Below, in pieces: positions 13,845 through 26,922 of a DNA stretch of 64,000 bases. The stretch comes from Dipteris shenzhenensis. Taxonomy: Eukaryota. Location of the stretch: the NCBI GenBank assembly GCA_047967505.1, contig CM106538.1; one strand, given 5' to 3'. Each line of letters opens with the position of its first letter. The stretch's first letter is position 1. The notes beneath the pieces were generated by a model. That model made no database searches. It was not told the DNA's origin and was given only the letters and a program-made list of their open reading frames with translations. Position numbers and translations under genes: made by a program.

Positions 13845-14697
13845 AGGCTCGAACTCAAGAAAATGCAGCAAGATTGTTTCAAATCTGCTCCAACCTTGCA
13901 TCAATAGCAAGCTCCATAGTAGCTGGATCTAGACTTGTGCATTATTCTCAACGATGGCCATCCTTTTCACCTAAGCTTCATAAAATCAAAGATGGAGTTC
14001 TTGTAGAGTGTAGCCCACATCATGAATTCCAATCATGCACCTCCTACATCAGCTCCAAATCCAGCTACTCCATGCCCAAAATGCTTGAAGCTCCATTGAA
14101 CTCTCTCCTCAAGCTCTTCTCCTTGAGCTCCTGAGCTCAGATCAGCATAGCTATGGCTTCCCTATCTTCTCCACGAGAGACATCGATCCAAAGCTCTTTC
14201 AATGCTTGATCCACACACACCACAAGCCCTCACGAAGCTCCCCGTAGATCGAACACCATGACCTGCTCTGATACCAGTTGTGGGAGAGGAGAGCACACAC
14301 AAACGGATAAGGAGACACCAAAAGTGGTGGAGCAAAAGCTACTCTAGCTTATTCCTCTATCATATATATATGAGTATACATGGGCACTGTACAAGTGGGT
14401 GGGCACACTGCCCTTTACCCCAACAAACTTATCTGTTGGGGATGAAAATTTACATGGCCCTTAGGCTACCCTAGACCTACATCCATGCAAGATTTGGTAT
14501 GTGCTGTGTGGAAGGTATAATGCATACATTTTTGCAAGCACTCACTACTAGTAACTACGTATGAAAAATGGTGCACATATTGACCAAATAGGCATGTGGA
14601 CTTATTTGTTGGGGATGAAACTTTGCATGGCCCTTAGGCTACCCTAGACCTACATCTTTGCAAGATTTGGTCTCCAACTGATTTGGTATGTGCCGTG

Positions 14698-17600
14698 TGT
14701 TAAATTACACGATGCAGCGGAATAGAAACTTAACAAACAATAGAGAGTATACAACAAACTGGAGAGGAACAAACTTTTCCTTCAATACTGATGTTGTACA
14801 GATGATGGCTCCGTCCACCCGTGCACTCCCATAGTGGAGCTTAGATGGCGATCTAGACAGATAATAGGTGAAAAGCTACTAGCTGGAAGATCTGATCTGA
14901 TCTAAACTGATCTGATACATTAGACTGGGGAGGTCGCCTCTTTATAGCTATGAGGGTGGTAGTCGGATCAACATAATCAGGGGAGTCGACCAGTCGACCT
15001 AGTCGGTGAAGCCGACTAGTCAACCTAGTTGGTGGAACCAACTAGTCATCCATGGAATATTCAAGGAATATTTCCTATACTATCGCCTCAGGGCTCACGC
15101 CCCCGAACCCCCACCAGGGGAGTCGCTGGCCCCTTGGGACCCCCTAGCTGGAGGCCAGCTGGCCCCCAGGCCCCAGCAAGAATAAGGGGCCCCCATGCAA
15201 TCACCTTTCTACCATCACACAGTCTCATTGATAGACCTCATCTGACATGCAAGTCAGGATCCATCCAGTGTCTCGATCTCACACATGGCTTCTGCTCATA
15301 TGGGGGCCTTACAACTTGAGCACCTTGGACCACTGGTGGTTACCAAGAGGGTGGGGCATTGTGCATATCTAACACCCCCCTCAATGTCCACCCGTAGGTG
15401 AACTAACTTCTCGGCCCAATGCCGAGTCTTTGAAGATGACCCTGAAGCTGATCCTTCCCAAGTGCCTCGGTGAAGATATCTCCTCCATTTTGCTCTGTTG
15501 GATAGTAGACCAATTCCACTATGCTGTCCTTAATCAAACCATGCACATAGTGATACTGAATCTCTATATGTTTTGTGCGTGCATGAAACACTGGATTTTT
15601 AGCAATGGCCATGTAACTTTGATTGTCGCACCTCAGCATAGTTGCCTCATCCTCTTGCACTCCCATGTGCCATAAGATCCTCCTCAGCCAGACTACTTCA
15701 CATGTAGCAAAACATGCTTCCTTCTTGTACTCAGCCTCGGTAGAAGACAATGCCACTGTTGGTTTTTACTTACTGATCCAAGAGAAGATACCTGAACCTA
15801 AAGAGAAACAATATCCAAAAACTAATTTCCTAGAATCAACATCTCCAACCCAATTTGAGTCACAATGACCAGCCAAGGAAGTGCCTGTACCATAGGTGAT
15901 GCCATAATCAACAGTACCCTTCACATACCTGAGCACCCACATCCCTGCATTCCAATGATTCTCTCGGGGTTTATTGGAGAACCTACTCAAAACGCCAACA
16001 GCAAAACTGATGTCCGGTCTGGTGTTACACAGGTAGATGAGACTACCGACCAACTTCCTATACCTCCCGATGTCTATTGGTGGTGTGAGGCATCCTCCAT
16101 AGACAACCTCGCATTTACCTCCACAAGTGTAGCTATCTCCTTGCACTCAAACATACCAAAAGCCTACAAGATCTCCCTTGCATATTTTTGCTGAGAGATG
16201 AAGATCTTGCTTGGCTCTTGCAAAACTTCAATCCCCAAATAATAGTGCATCAAGCCTAAGTCTGGTCATCTCAAACTCCGTGCTCAACGCCTTTCTAGTC
16301 TGCTGGATCATGTCTTCATAGTCACCTATAATAAGGAGATTATCAATAATAGCAGTTTTTCCACCTTTCCTATACACATGCAAGTTAGCATCTGCAGCAC
16401 ATCTTTTGAAGTTTAATTTATGAAAGAATTTGTCTATCCATTGGTACCGTTCTCTTGGGGCCTGTTTCAGCCTGTACAGAGCCTTCTTCAGCTTTACATA
16501 CCTTGTTCTTAGAATGGGGGGCCTCAAACCCAGGTGGTTGATCTCTCCTTGAAGTCACCATTCAAGAATGCTGATTTAACATCCATTTGATAAACTGGCC
16601 ACTTTTAATGAGCAGCCACTGATAGTACTGTGCGAATAGTGGTCATTCTAGTAGTCGAAGCGAAAGATTCTAAAAATCAAACCCTTCAACCTACGAAAAT
16701 CCTTATGCAACCAATCTGGCTTTGTACTTTTCCAAAGTCCCATCGGCCTTGTACTTTACCTTCCAAACCCACTTGGTGCCAATAACCTTTCTATTAGGTG
16801 GTCGATCTACTAGCTCCCAAGTTTCATTCTTCATGATACTATCATATTCTGCATGCTGCTCAAGAGACATAGGCATTTGGTTATCATGGTCATAGAGCTG
16901 TCTTACCCATCATGGAAATGGCTTTTCCGGTGGTGTAACAATTGGTTGGTGACTTATACCTTCATCATCTGATATTTCCTCCTCCTTTATAGCTCTTGGG
17001 ATAGGTCCATAGTGAATTACCTCTTCGCTTGATGATAAAGTGGAAGAGCTCTTCTCTGCCTCCATTGCATGTGGCTGCTCCTTGAACACACATCGTGGCT
17101 CGTTATGATCTTCTTTGCCTCTTGGTCATACAACTTATAGGCTTTCTTCTCATCACAATAGCCTAAGAAGATACATTTGGTGCTTTTTGGTTGTAGCTTG
17201 TTTCTCTCTTTGTTCGGTACATGCGCATAGCATTCACACCCAAACGTTCTGAAGTGGGAGATAGATGGCTTCTTACCACTATAAGCCTCATGTGGTGTTT
17301 TACCTTTGAGTGCCTTTGTATAGCTACGATTAAGGATGTAAATCACAATACTGATAGCCTCAGCCCAAAAGTGGTTTGGTAGTCCAGCACCTTTCAATAT
17401 ACACCTCCCCATCTCCATTGTGGTCCACATTCGGTGTTCAACAACTGAATTTTGCTGAGGCGTATGTGGTGTCATCATTTGTCACTTGATCCCTTTGCTC
17501 TTGCAAAAATCTCCAAACTCTGTAGAAACAAACTCACCACTACCATCCGATTTGATTTTCTTCACTTTTCTCCCTGTTTCATTTTCAACAAGATGTAGCC

Positions 17601-19780
17601 ATTCTTTAAATTGCCCAAAAGCTTGAGCCTTTTCATGAAGAAAGTACATGCACGTCTTCGTACTATAGTCATCGACAATTAATAAAAAATAGGAAGATCC
17701 CCCCAAGGCCTGTGTAGGCATCTTACCGAACAAGTAAACATGCACCAACTCTAGAGGAGAGTTTGCTCTATTCTTGCTTTCTTGTGGGAATGCCTTTCTT
17801 TATTGCTTGACCATCATGCAAGCTTCACATGGTTCTTTGATTTTTGTGACTGCAAGTAAGTGAACGGAACATACAACACATTAGATAGTTTCTTAACATC
17901 TCCATTCATAGAAACTAATGAAACCATACCTCTACCCTCAATAGGGCATTTTGCGTTATTACCAAACCGTCACAGTGATGGGTTCTTGTAGAGGCTACAT
18001 GGAATAATATAGACCCTTCTTGCAAGTCATGTGACGAGAGGCACCACTATCCAACACCCATGAATCAGTGGTTGAAGGTACTTGAACTGAGGAATACTCT
18101 TCCTCAATGGCCAGAAGTAGATCCAACTCTGCTTCTGCTATGTTAGCTGTCTCTTTCCCCTTATTTGTCTTCTTCAGGATACCATTCTTTACATCTGCTT
18201 TCTTGACCTGACAATCTGCAATCATATGGCCCTTCTTTTTGCAGTAGAAGCATTCTCCTTGAAACTTCTTCTTGTCGCCCTTCTTCTTTTTGTCACCACT
18301 AGTAGAGGACTCACCTTTGGTGGAGGAACCACCTTTGCCTTTTGCAGTGGCAGAGAAAGCATCATCCCCATTGTTGCCTCCATCTTGAGCTTTAAGCCTC
18401 AATTCCTCCTCCATAAGTAAACCATAGAACTCCTCAAATGACAATGGTTGGGGTCTCACCTGAGTGTTAAGTGCTATTACCACTCCATCAAACCTTGGTG
18501 GATATATCTGGAGACACCGCTGAGCTAGCTCTTCGCTAGTCTTTTGTATCCCAGCACCAACCATCTCGTCATGTAGATTTTTGATTTGGGTTATGAACAC
18601 CTCCGCTGTCTCTCCTTCATTAAACTTCTCTGCTACGAGCTAATTCTCTAGGTTCTGGATCCTTGTCTGATTCCGCGTCTCATACTAACCCTTCAATATG
18701 TTCCAAGCCACAGTTGCCTTAGATGTAGGTTGAATCAAGGTCAAAACACTATCAGTAATACTTGTAACCGGGGCACACAGAGCATCTGCATTCTTACATT
18801 TCCAAGCTCGTAGAAGGTCAGCATTAGGAGGTATCATACTCCCTGGATTTGTTGGGTCGGGGGTTCCTTGTGGTTTTGGGTCAGTCCCCAGTACTATCTC
18901 TAGAAGCTCATATGAATCTAGAATAGCAGTAATTTTAAACTTCCACAAAGTGTAGTTTGTACCATCTAGCTTGCCTTCAGTGAAGGCTAGTGGGAAAATC
19001 CTCAATGCCTGGATTGTTGGTGTAGTAGCAGCTGATGAACTCGAGCTGCTTCCTATTGAGCTACTTCTTGTTGCCATCACTCTGTATGTTATTGAAGCCC
19101 TCAGCTCTATTCTATTCTTCGATCCTTAGAGCTGCCTGGGGGCTCTGATACCATGTTAAATTACATGGCACATCAGAACAAAAACTGAACAAAGAATAGA
19201 GAGTACACAGCAAACTGGAGAGGAATAAACTTTTCCTTCAATATTGATGTTGTACAGATGATGGCTCCATCCACCTGTGCACTCCCACAGTGGAGCTTAG
19301 ATGGCAATCTAGATAGATACTAGGTAAAGAGCTACTAGCTGGAAGATCTGATCTGATCTGAATTGATCTGATACAATGGATTGGGGAGGTCGCTTCTTTA
19401 TAGCTATGAGGGCGGTAGTCAGATCAATGTAGTCACTAGAGTCAACCTAGTAAGTGGAGCCGACCAGTCAACCTGTGGAACCGACTAGTCATCCATGGAA
19501 TATTCCCTATACCATCGCCTCGAGGTCTCCTGCCCCCGAACCCCCACCAGGGGGGCCATTGGCACCCTTGGGACCCCCCCCCAGCAAGAATAAGGGGTCC
19601 CCACACAATCACCTTTCTACCATCAACAGTCTCACTGATAGACCTCATCTGACATGTAAGTCAAGATCCATCCAGGGTCTCGGGCTCACACATGGCTTCT
19701 CCTCATATGGGGGCCTTGCAACTTGAGCACCTTGGACATTGGTCATTACCAGGAGGGTGGGGCATTGAGCATATCTAACA
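14698..19780 (-). mobile_element. Ty1/Copia element B, full-length but mutated; LTRs 14698-15374 and 19154-19780
   Basis: TG..CA LTRs; TSD CCGTG/CCATG; iMet PBS (rc) 19141-19153; PPT adjacent to 15375. gag KLDGTNYTLWK, CFYCKKKGHMIADC, WVLDSGASRHMT, integrase, RT (LKQAPR), RH (HARTKHIEIQYH). Confidence 0.95.
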
Positions 19781-21912
19781 CCATGTGGAAGGTATAATGC
19801 GTACATTTTTGCAATCCCTACTAGTGACTACGTATGAAAAATGGTGCACGTACTAACCAAATAGGCATGTGGACTTATCTATTGGGGATGAAACTTTGCA
19901 CAGCCCTTAGGCTAACCTAAATATACATCTTTGCAAGATTTGGTCTTTAACTGATTGGGTATGTGCCACGTGGAAGGTATAATATGTACATTTTTGCAAT
20001 CCTTACTAGTAACTACGTATGAAAAATGGTGAACATACTAACCAAATACGCATGTGGAATTATCTATTGGGGATGAAACTTTGCATTGCTCTTAGGCTAT
20101 CCTAGACCTACATCCATGCAAGATTTGGTTGCCAATCTATTTGGTATGTGCCATTGGAAGGTATAATGCGTACATTTTTGCAATCCCTACTAGTGAATAT
20201 GTATGAACAATGGCACACGTACTGACCAAATAGGCATGTGGACTTATCTGTTGGGGATGAAACTTTGCACGGCCCTTAGGCTACCCCAGATATACATCTT
20301 TGCAAGATTTTTTCTTCAATTGATTTGGTGTTTGCCACATGGAAGGTATAATGCGTACATTTTTACAATCCCTTCTAGTGACTACGTTTGAAAAATGGCG
20401 AACGTACTCACCAAATATGCATATGAACTTATTTGTTGGGAATGAAACTTTGCACAACCTTAGGCTACCTTAGACCTACATCCATGCAAGATTTGGTTGC
20501 CAATCAATTTTATATGTGCCGCGTGGAAGGTTTAATGTGTACATTTTTGCATGCACTCCCTACTAGTGACTACGTATGAAAAATGATGCATGTACTAACC
20601 AAATATGCATGTGGACTTATCTATTGGGGATGAAACTTTGCACCACTCTTAGGCTACTTTAGACATACATATCTATAATATTTGGTCTCCAACTGATTTG
20701 GTATGTGCCATGTGGAATAATGCGTACATTTTCGTAATCCCTACTAGTGACTACGTACGAAAGATGGTGAATGTACTAACCAAATACGCATGTGGACTTA
20801 TTTGTTGGGGATGAAACTTTACATGGCTCTTAGGCTACCCTAGACCTACATCCATGCAAGATTTGGTTGCCAATCTATTTGGTATATGCCGCATGGAAGG
20901 TATAATGCATATATTTTTACATGCGCTCCCTACTAGTGTCTATGTATGAAAAATGGCGAACGTACTAACCACCGATGCATGTGAACTTATCTGTTGGGCA
21001 TGAAACTTTGCACAGCTCTTAGGCTACCCTAGACCTACATCCATGCAAGATTTGGTTGCCAATCAATTTTGTATGTGCTACGTGGAAGGTATAATGCATA
21101 CATTTTTGCATGCACTCCCTACTAGTGACTACGTATGAAAAATGGCGCACATACTAACCAAATCTACATGTGGACTTATCTGTTGGGGATGAAACTTTGC
21201 ACGGCTCTTAGGCTACCCTATACATACATCCATGCAAGATTTGGTTGCCAATCGATTTTGTATGTGCCACGTGGAAGGTATAATGCATACATTTTTGCAA
21301 GCACTCACTACTAGTGACTACGTATGAAAAATGGTGAACATACTAACCAAATACACATGTGGACTTATCTATTGGGCATGAAACTTTGCACGGCTCTTAG
21401 GCTACCTTAGACATACATCCATTGAAGATTTGGTTGCCAATTGATCGCGTGGAAGGTATAATGTGTACATTTTTGCAAGCACTCACTACTAGTGACTACG
21501 TATGAAAAATAGCGAACATACTAACCAAATACACATGTGGACTTATCTGTTGGGCATGAAACTTTGCACAGCTCTTAGGCTACCCTAGAAATACGTCCAT
21601 GCAAGATTTGGTTGCCAATCGATTTGGTATGTGCCAGGTAAGGTATAATGCGTACATTTTTGCATGCACTCACAACTAGTGACTACTCATGAAAAATTAT
21701 ATACGTATTATATGATTTTGGACCAATTGTACAAAATCATGTATTAATGCTTGACACATGTTACTACCATTGAGCACCATTCCATGCTAAACATTGACAT
21801 TTTTTCTTAATCTATAATTTACAAAAATTATTGACAATATTAGTGTAATAATTGCAAGCATTGATATATATGAAATTCAATATGATATTCAAAATGATAA
21901 AGTTCATAGACG

Positions 21913-21917
21913 AGAGA

Positions 21918-21970
<53 letters not shown>
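21913..21970. repeat. (GA)n microsatellite
   Basis: Directly visible. Confidence 0.95.
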
Positions 21971-21974
<4 letters not shown>

Positions 21975-22619
21975 TACTTGAACACCTTTTTAATGCTTAA
22001 TGTTTAGAATCACTTCACACAGAATTATTTTTAAAATACCTTATATATTAGATGTGTGAATTGAGATATCTAAAATTCAAAATGATACTCCTAATTTTAA
22101 ATGTTTATGTTAGATTTGAACAAAATTTAAACTGAGATAAACAAAGTAAGAACAGCATCATGAAAGTACCAAAATGCTTTATTGCCAAAGGGATTTAGAT
22201 GTACATCCTTGGTCTTATTTCATTTTCAAAGAATATCAAACTTTGTGTTAAAGATGCCACACTTTCTATTGTATGGTTAGTGGTCACGTACATGGTGATA
22301 ATATATGCCAAGAGAATAACCATTTTGGCAAATACACTAGAAGGACAAGTTTAGTAGACCTATGTTCTCTAAAGTTGAACACTTCATTTACAATTTATTA
22401 CACATTGAGTTTCCCATCAATATATTTAAAGTTCCATGGCTTGGTAATAGCCCTTTAAGGTACTAGCTTCTATATCACCTATTGCTTGGTTCTCTTACAA
22501 CCCTACACATCGATCGATTGCTTGCATGATGGTTGTAGACTAGATGCGATGAATTTCTATATGATTGATCGCATGATGGTTGTAGACTACATCCTTTAAG
22601 TATAGAGTATAAAACCTCA

Positions 22620-23700
22620 CCTTTGAAAAATAATATAAAAACTACGTTAAACTCTTGTTTTCTCTTTTTTTTTAATATATGATTTTTAAAAATAAACCAT
22701 ATACGTTTTTACAACTTCCCTAATTTAAGAAATATATAAAAACTACTTTAATCTCTTTTTTTAAATAAAAAAATAGATGATTTTGAAATAGAAAATATAT
22801 ACGCTTTGACATTTAATTTAAAACTTCACTAACTTAAAAAATAGTATAAAAACTACTTTAACTCTTGTTTTCTTTTTGTTTGATAGATGATTTTTAAAAA
22901 TAACATAAAAACTACTTTAATCTCTCTTTTTTTTTAAAAAGATGATTTTAAAATACAAAATATATGTGTTTTGACATTTAATTTAAAACTTCACTAACTT
23001 GAAAAATAAGATAAAAACTACTTTAAACTCTTGTTTTCTTTCTCTTGATAGATGATTTTTAAAAACAAAATTTAAACATTTTTATATTAAAAACTTCACT
23101 AATTTAAAAAATAACATAAAAACTACTTTAATCTCTCTTTTTTTTAATAGATGATTTTAAAAAATAAAATATATACATTTTGATATTTAAATAAAAACTT
23201 CACTAACTTGAAAAATAATATAAAAGCTACTTTAAACTCTTGTTTTCTTTTTTTTTAATAGATGATTTTTAAAAATAAAATTTAAACATTTTTATATTTA
23301 AATAAAAAATTCACTAATTTAAAAAATAACATAAAAACTACTTTAATCTCTTTTTTTTAAATAGATGATTTTAAAAAACAATATATATACATTTTGACAT
23401 TTTAAATAAAAACTTCACTAATTTAAAAGATAATATAAAAACTACTTTATTTATTTTTAAAAGATGATTTTTAAAAACAAAATTTAAACATTTTTATATT
23501 TAAATAAAAACTTGGTTAATTTGAAAAATAACATAAAAACTACTTTAATCTTTTTTTAAAAATAAATGATTAAATAAAATAAAATATATACATTTTGACA
23601 TTTAAATAAAAACTTCAGTAATTAAAAAAATAATTTAAAAAAACTTTAAAATGCATTAAAAGTTTTTAAATATTTTATAATTAAATTACATTTTCCTATA
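22620..23700. repeat. AT-rich tandem array, ~100-110-bp unit, ~10 copies with alternating subtypes
   Basis: AAAACTACTTTAA-like motif at ~22638, 22739, 22849, 22908, 23015, 23119, 23223, 23335, 23438, 23536; subtypes continue ..AATCTCT or ..AAACTCTTG. Confidence 0.9.
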
Positions 23701-23917
23701 AACTAAAATTTAAATAAATTTTCACAAAAAAAAATGCTACACTTAAAAAAACCTTACATGGAATCTCTCGCTCCATCCATCTCCATCGCTCTGTTGTTCT
23801 CCGTCCGCCGTTCTATGTCACTCCAGCAATTCCGTTGATTTCGATGAGGAGGAGCTCGATCGAGGTTTGAACAATGAGGGGCTCCCTCTCTTTATATACG
23901 AAAATTTAGGGTTTCAA

Positions 23918-24484
23918 AATACCATGATCGTGGTATTTCACACGAACATATCATGCCATGCATTGCCATGTCTATACATGCATACGTGGCTATCCACGTG
24001 CGTTATCATGGTCGTGGTATTTGTGCCATGTATAATCCTAGATGTTTCTCCACGTAAGGAAATCGTTCCACGTCAAATCCAGCCACTAGCCATGTAGGAT
24101 ACCACATACCTCGATCATGGTATTTGACATGCCCCCATGTCATTGGTCTAGCATGCCACGATCGAGGCATGTGGACTTGCCATAATACTTCGATCGAGGT
24201 ATGTCAGCTGTCAGCACACTACGCTGAATACCATGTCGGATGCCACATAACTCGATTGTGGTATTTGACATGCCTCCATGTCATCGGTCTAGCATACCAC
24301 GATCGAGGTATGTGGACTTGCCATGATACCTTGATCGAGGTATAGTTGTCATGCCATGATACCTTGATCGAGGTATAGGCTCGGTTCGGTTGATTAAAAT
24401 GCAAGACCTTGATTGAGGTATTAGCTCAGTTCGGATGTCCACGTGTGCCAATTTTATTGGACACAATACCTCGATCGAGGTATT
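23918..24484. repeat. Cluster of ~10 palindromic ATACCTCGATCGAGGTAT-like motifs (probable transposon subterminal sites)
   Basis: Perfect palindrome AATACCTCGATCGAGGTATT near 24465-24484; variants near 23918, 24106, 24154, 24185, 24248, 24294, 24326, 24359, 24405. Confidence 0.85.
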
Positions 24485-24524
24485 GCACATCGAAGCACAA
24501 CATTTGTATTTTCACTTGAGGGGG

Positions 24525-26922
24525 TGTCACATTCCCCCGTGGGTGGTCCGAAAGTGGACACCCTTGTGCAATTGTCGCTCCTCCGATTAATAGAGATCAC
24601 GGCCTACAATGGAAGGCAACTTTGGGCCAATTTCTCCTTTGTCATGTTGCTTCATGTCTGTCTCTGTTCCTCCTCTTGTCTTGTAGTTATTACATCTCTT
24701 TGTGGTGGAGATGCTGGGCATCATGGAGTATGAGGAAACCAAACACTCTTCTCCTTCAATGAAGCAAGCCCCCATCCCTACCGATACCTTGGCAACTCTC
24801 CTCTATGAACTCATTCAATCGAACATGCAGGTCACTAACCTCACAGCATATCATAGTGCAAGACAATCAGTGAGTTTGGGACATGACTCCCAAGTGAGTT
24901 CTCAGGCACTCTAGACAAAGATGTGTACTTATGGTTGGGCCATTTCCATAATCTGGCTGAATATCACCATTGGAGCAACGTGCAAAAGATCGTGGAGATT
25001 AAACCTTCATTTCAAGGTTTAGCTGATGCTTGGTACCATCACAGCTAGAGGACAATGTGAAGGATTCTTGGCCACATCTCCATCACGCTTTAATGATGGC
25101 ATTTGGCAACACAGATATTATTAAGGATGCCCTGACTCAACTCAATTACTAGCAACAGCTTCCAGGCGAATCTGTCTTGCAATTCGGAGTTAAGCTTACC
25201 CACCTTCTCCTGCGGGTTGATCCTAACATGGTGGAGGACCTTAAGCTTTTTTTCTTATGGCCCAAATTGAAGTAGGACGTGTCCCAGTGCATGCAAGATC
25301 AAGGTCCTCGGACCCTAAGTAAAGCCCTTCTCATTGCTCAGTGCATTGAGTTCCCAAAGAATAAGCCAAGTGCTAAACTTCCACCTCTTCCTCCTTTGCT
25401 CCCAGCTCCATCGTCAATGTCTTTTCCTACCCCAATGGAGATTTATCATTTGGAAAACTCTACTCGCAGCTACTTTTAGCCTCACTTAGCAAACACCTGT
25501 GATTATCAAAGTAGACCAAAGCTCTCTGACTATGATGAACAAGGTAGACCTTGTTGCTTTAGATGCAACTGCTATGGATATGTCAAGAAGTACTATTGGT
25601 CATCTCAGTCCATGCAGAATGCCCAAGCATCCGCCAACCTTCTTGTCTCAAAAAAAGAGTTACTAGCAACCTCTTCTTGTTCTTATCGACTTGGGTAGCT
25701 CCATTACCTCGGTTCAGCAAGCACTGGTGCTTGATGCACAGATCCTCCTATTCTCGTTGCCTCACAACTAAATCAACTTCGATGACAATCTGGCCACTGT
25801 CGATTTGTCCAGGGTGCCCATCTTCACATAAACCTTGCTGGTTGTTCCCACTTAGTGCCAACAACTGTCCTTCCTCATCAAATTTTCCCTCTCACAATCA
25901 GATGAAATTGGTAAGCCGACCAAAAAGCAATCATCGACTTTCAACATCATTGTCTAAGGTTGCCTAATTCTCCCCCAGTCCCTTGGTCCTCTTTTCGTTC
26001 GAATGCCTCCTTGTTTGTTGCTACATCCATGATTCAAGATGACCTTCTCAGGCAGGCGGAAATCAAATGGATCCTCACTTTGTTGCCCCAGGCATTTGCC
26101 ACTGATGTATTGTCTACCACCTTGGTCTACTTCTATCATGAGATCCCCATAGGGGAAGCACGACCCAATCATGGTTGCACAACGTCACCACTCTAGTTGG
26201 GAGGTGGATATTCTTTACAGCCACATCGACACCATGCTCAAAGATAATGTGATGAGTCACTCCAAGAATCCATGGGTATCAGAACCACACTTGGTGAAAA
26301 AAACAGATGGCTCGTATCAACTTTGTGTGGATTTTCACTCCCTCAACAAAGTCACAACCAGAGACCAATATCCTCTTCCACAAAACGATGACATCCTCAA
26401 TTCTTTGGCTCATTCCAACTTTTTTAAAACCCTAGATCTAAAGTCTAGCTATTGGCAGACCTCAAGATTTCCACACTCCGTTCGGCCTTTACCAATTCAA
26501 CGTCATGCCGTTTGGATTAAATAACACCCCCGGCACATTCCAACATCTCATGAACCTCATCCTACATGATCTCATTCTTCAAGGCAAGGTCTTGGTGTTT
26601 CTCGATGATGTGTTGATCCATACAGCCACTTGGCTAGAGCACAAAGAGGTGCTGTGACAAGTCCTCAAATTGCTACATAGTTTTAATCATTACTTAAATG
26701 CTAATAAATGCCATTGGGTGCAAAGCAGTATTAAGTATTTAGGTTTCATCATGTCGAAAGATGGCATCCACCTTGATCCTCTCAAAGTCACCCGCAATAC
26801 ACAATTTCCCAGTCCCTACGAACGTCAAAGCTTTGCAACATTTCTTGGGTTTAATAGGATTCAGTTCTCGTCATGTCATTGATGATTTGGCCATCCTGTC
26901 AGCTCCTTCGCATCGTTTACTA
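24525..26922 (+). mobile_element. Ty3/Gypsy element G1, 5' part (putative short LTR ~24525-24694, tRNA-Ala PBS, decayed gag-PR-RT), interrupted by a Copia
   Basis: PBS TGGTGGAGATGCTGGGCAT (24703-24721) resembles the complement of the plant tRNA-Ala 3' end. RT motifs PW..LVKKTDGSYQLCVDF..LNKVT.RDQYPLP, LDLKSSYWQ, FLDDVLI. Confidence 0.8.

Larger units (their letters stand above)
8391..14425 (-). mobile_element. Ty1/Copia element A, defective; ~148-bp LTRs at 8391-8538 and 14279-14425
   Basis: TG..CA LTRs; TSD GACTT/AACTT; iMet PBS (rc TGGTATCAGAGC, 14265-14276); PPT next to 8539. gag ERLDGSNFQYWK, protease WMLDSCASCHMT, LWYARLGHMS, integrase ORF 9895-10527; RT/RH highly eroded. Confidence 0.92.
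7985..21700. repeat. ~180-189-bp tandem array (~14 units) split into 7985-8390, 14426-14697 and 19781-21700 by two Copia insertions
   Basis: Recurring unit GTACTAACCAAATATGCATGTGGACTTATCTGTTGGGGATGAAACTTTGC...GGAAGGTATAATG...CTACTAGTGACTACGTATGAAAAATGG; ATACTAACC at 21151 and 21340. Confidence 0.95.
4285..24484 (+). mobile_element. Decayed Sola2-like DNA transposon (boundaries approximate) hosting tandem arrays and two nested Copia elements
   Basis: Transposase at 4715-7645. The motif (ATACC)TYGATCGAGGTAT occurs at ~4287 and ~10 times at 23918-24484. True TIRs and TSD not resolved. Confidence 0.55.

Noticed and set aside
23918-24484. CRISPR-like array of palindromic repeats
   Set aside because: Irregular spacing, spacers partly duplicated, eukaryotic TE context, no cas genes.
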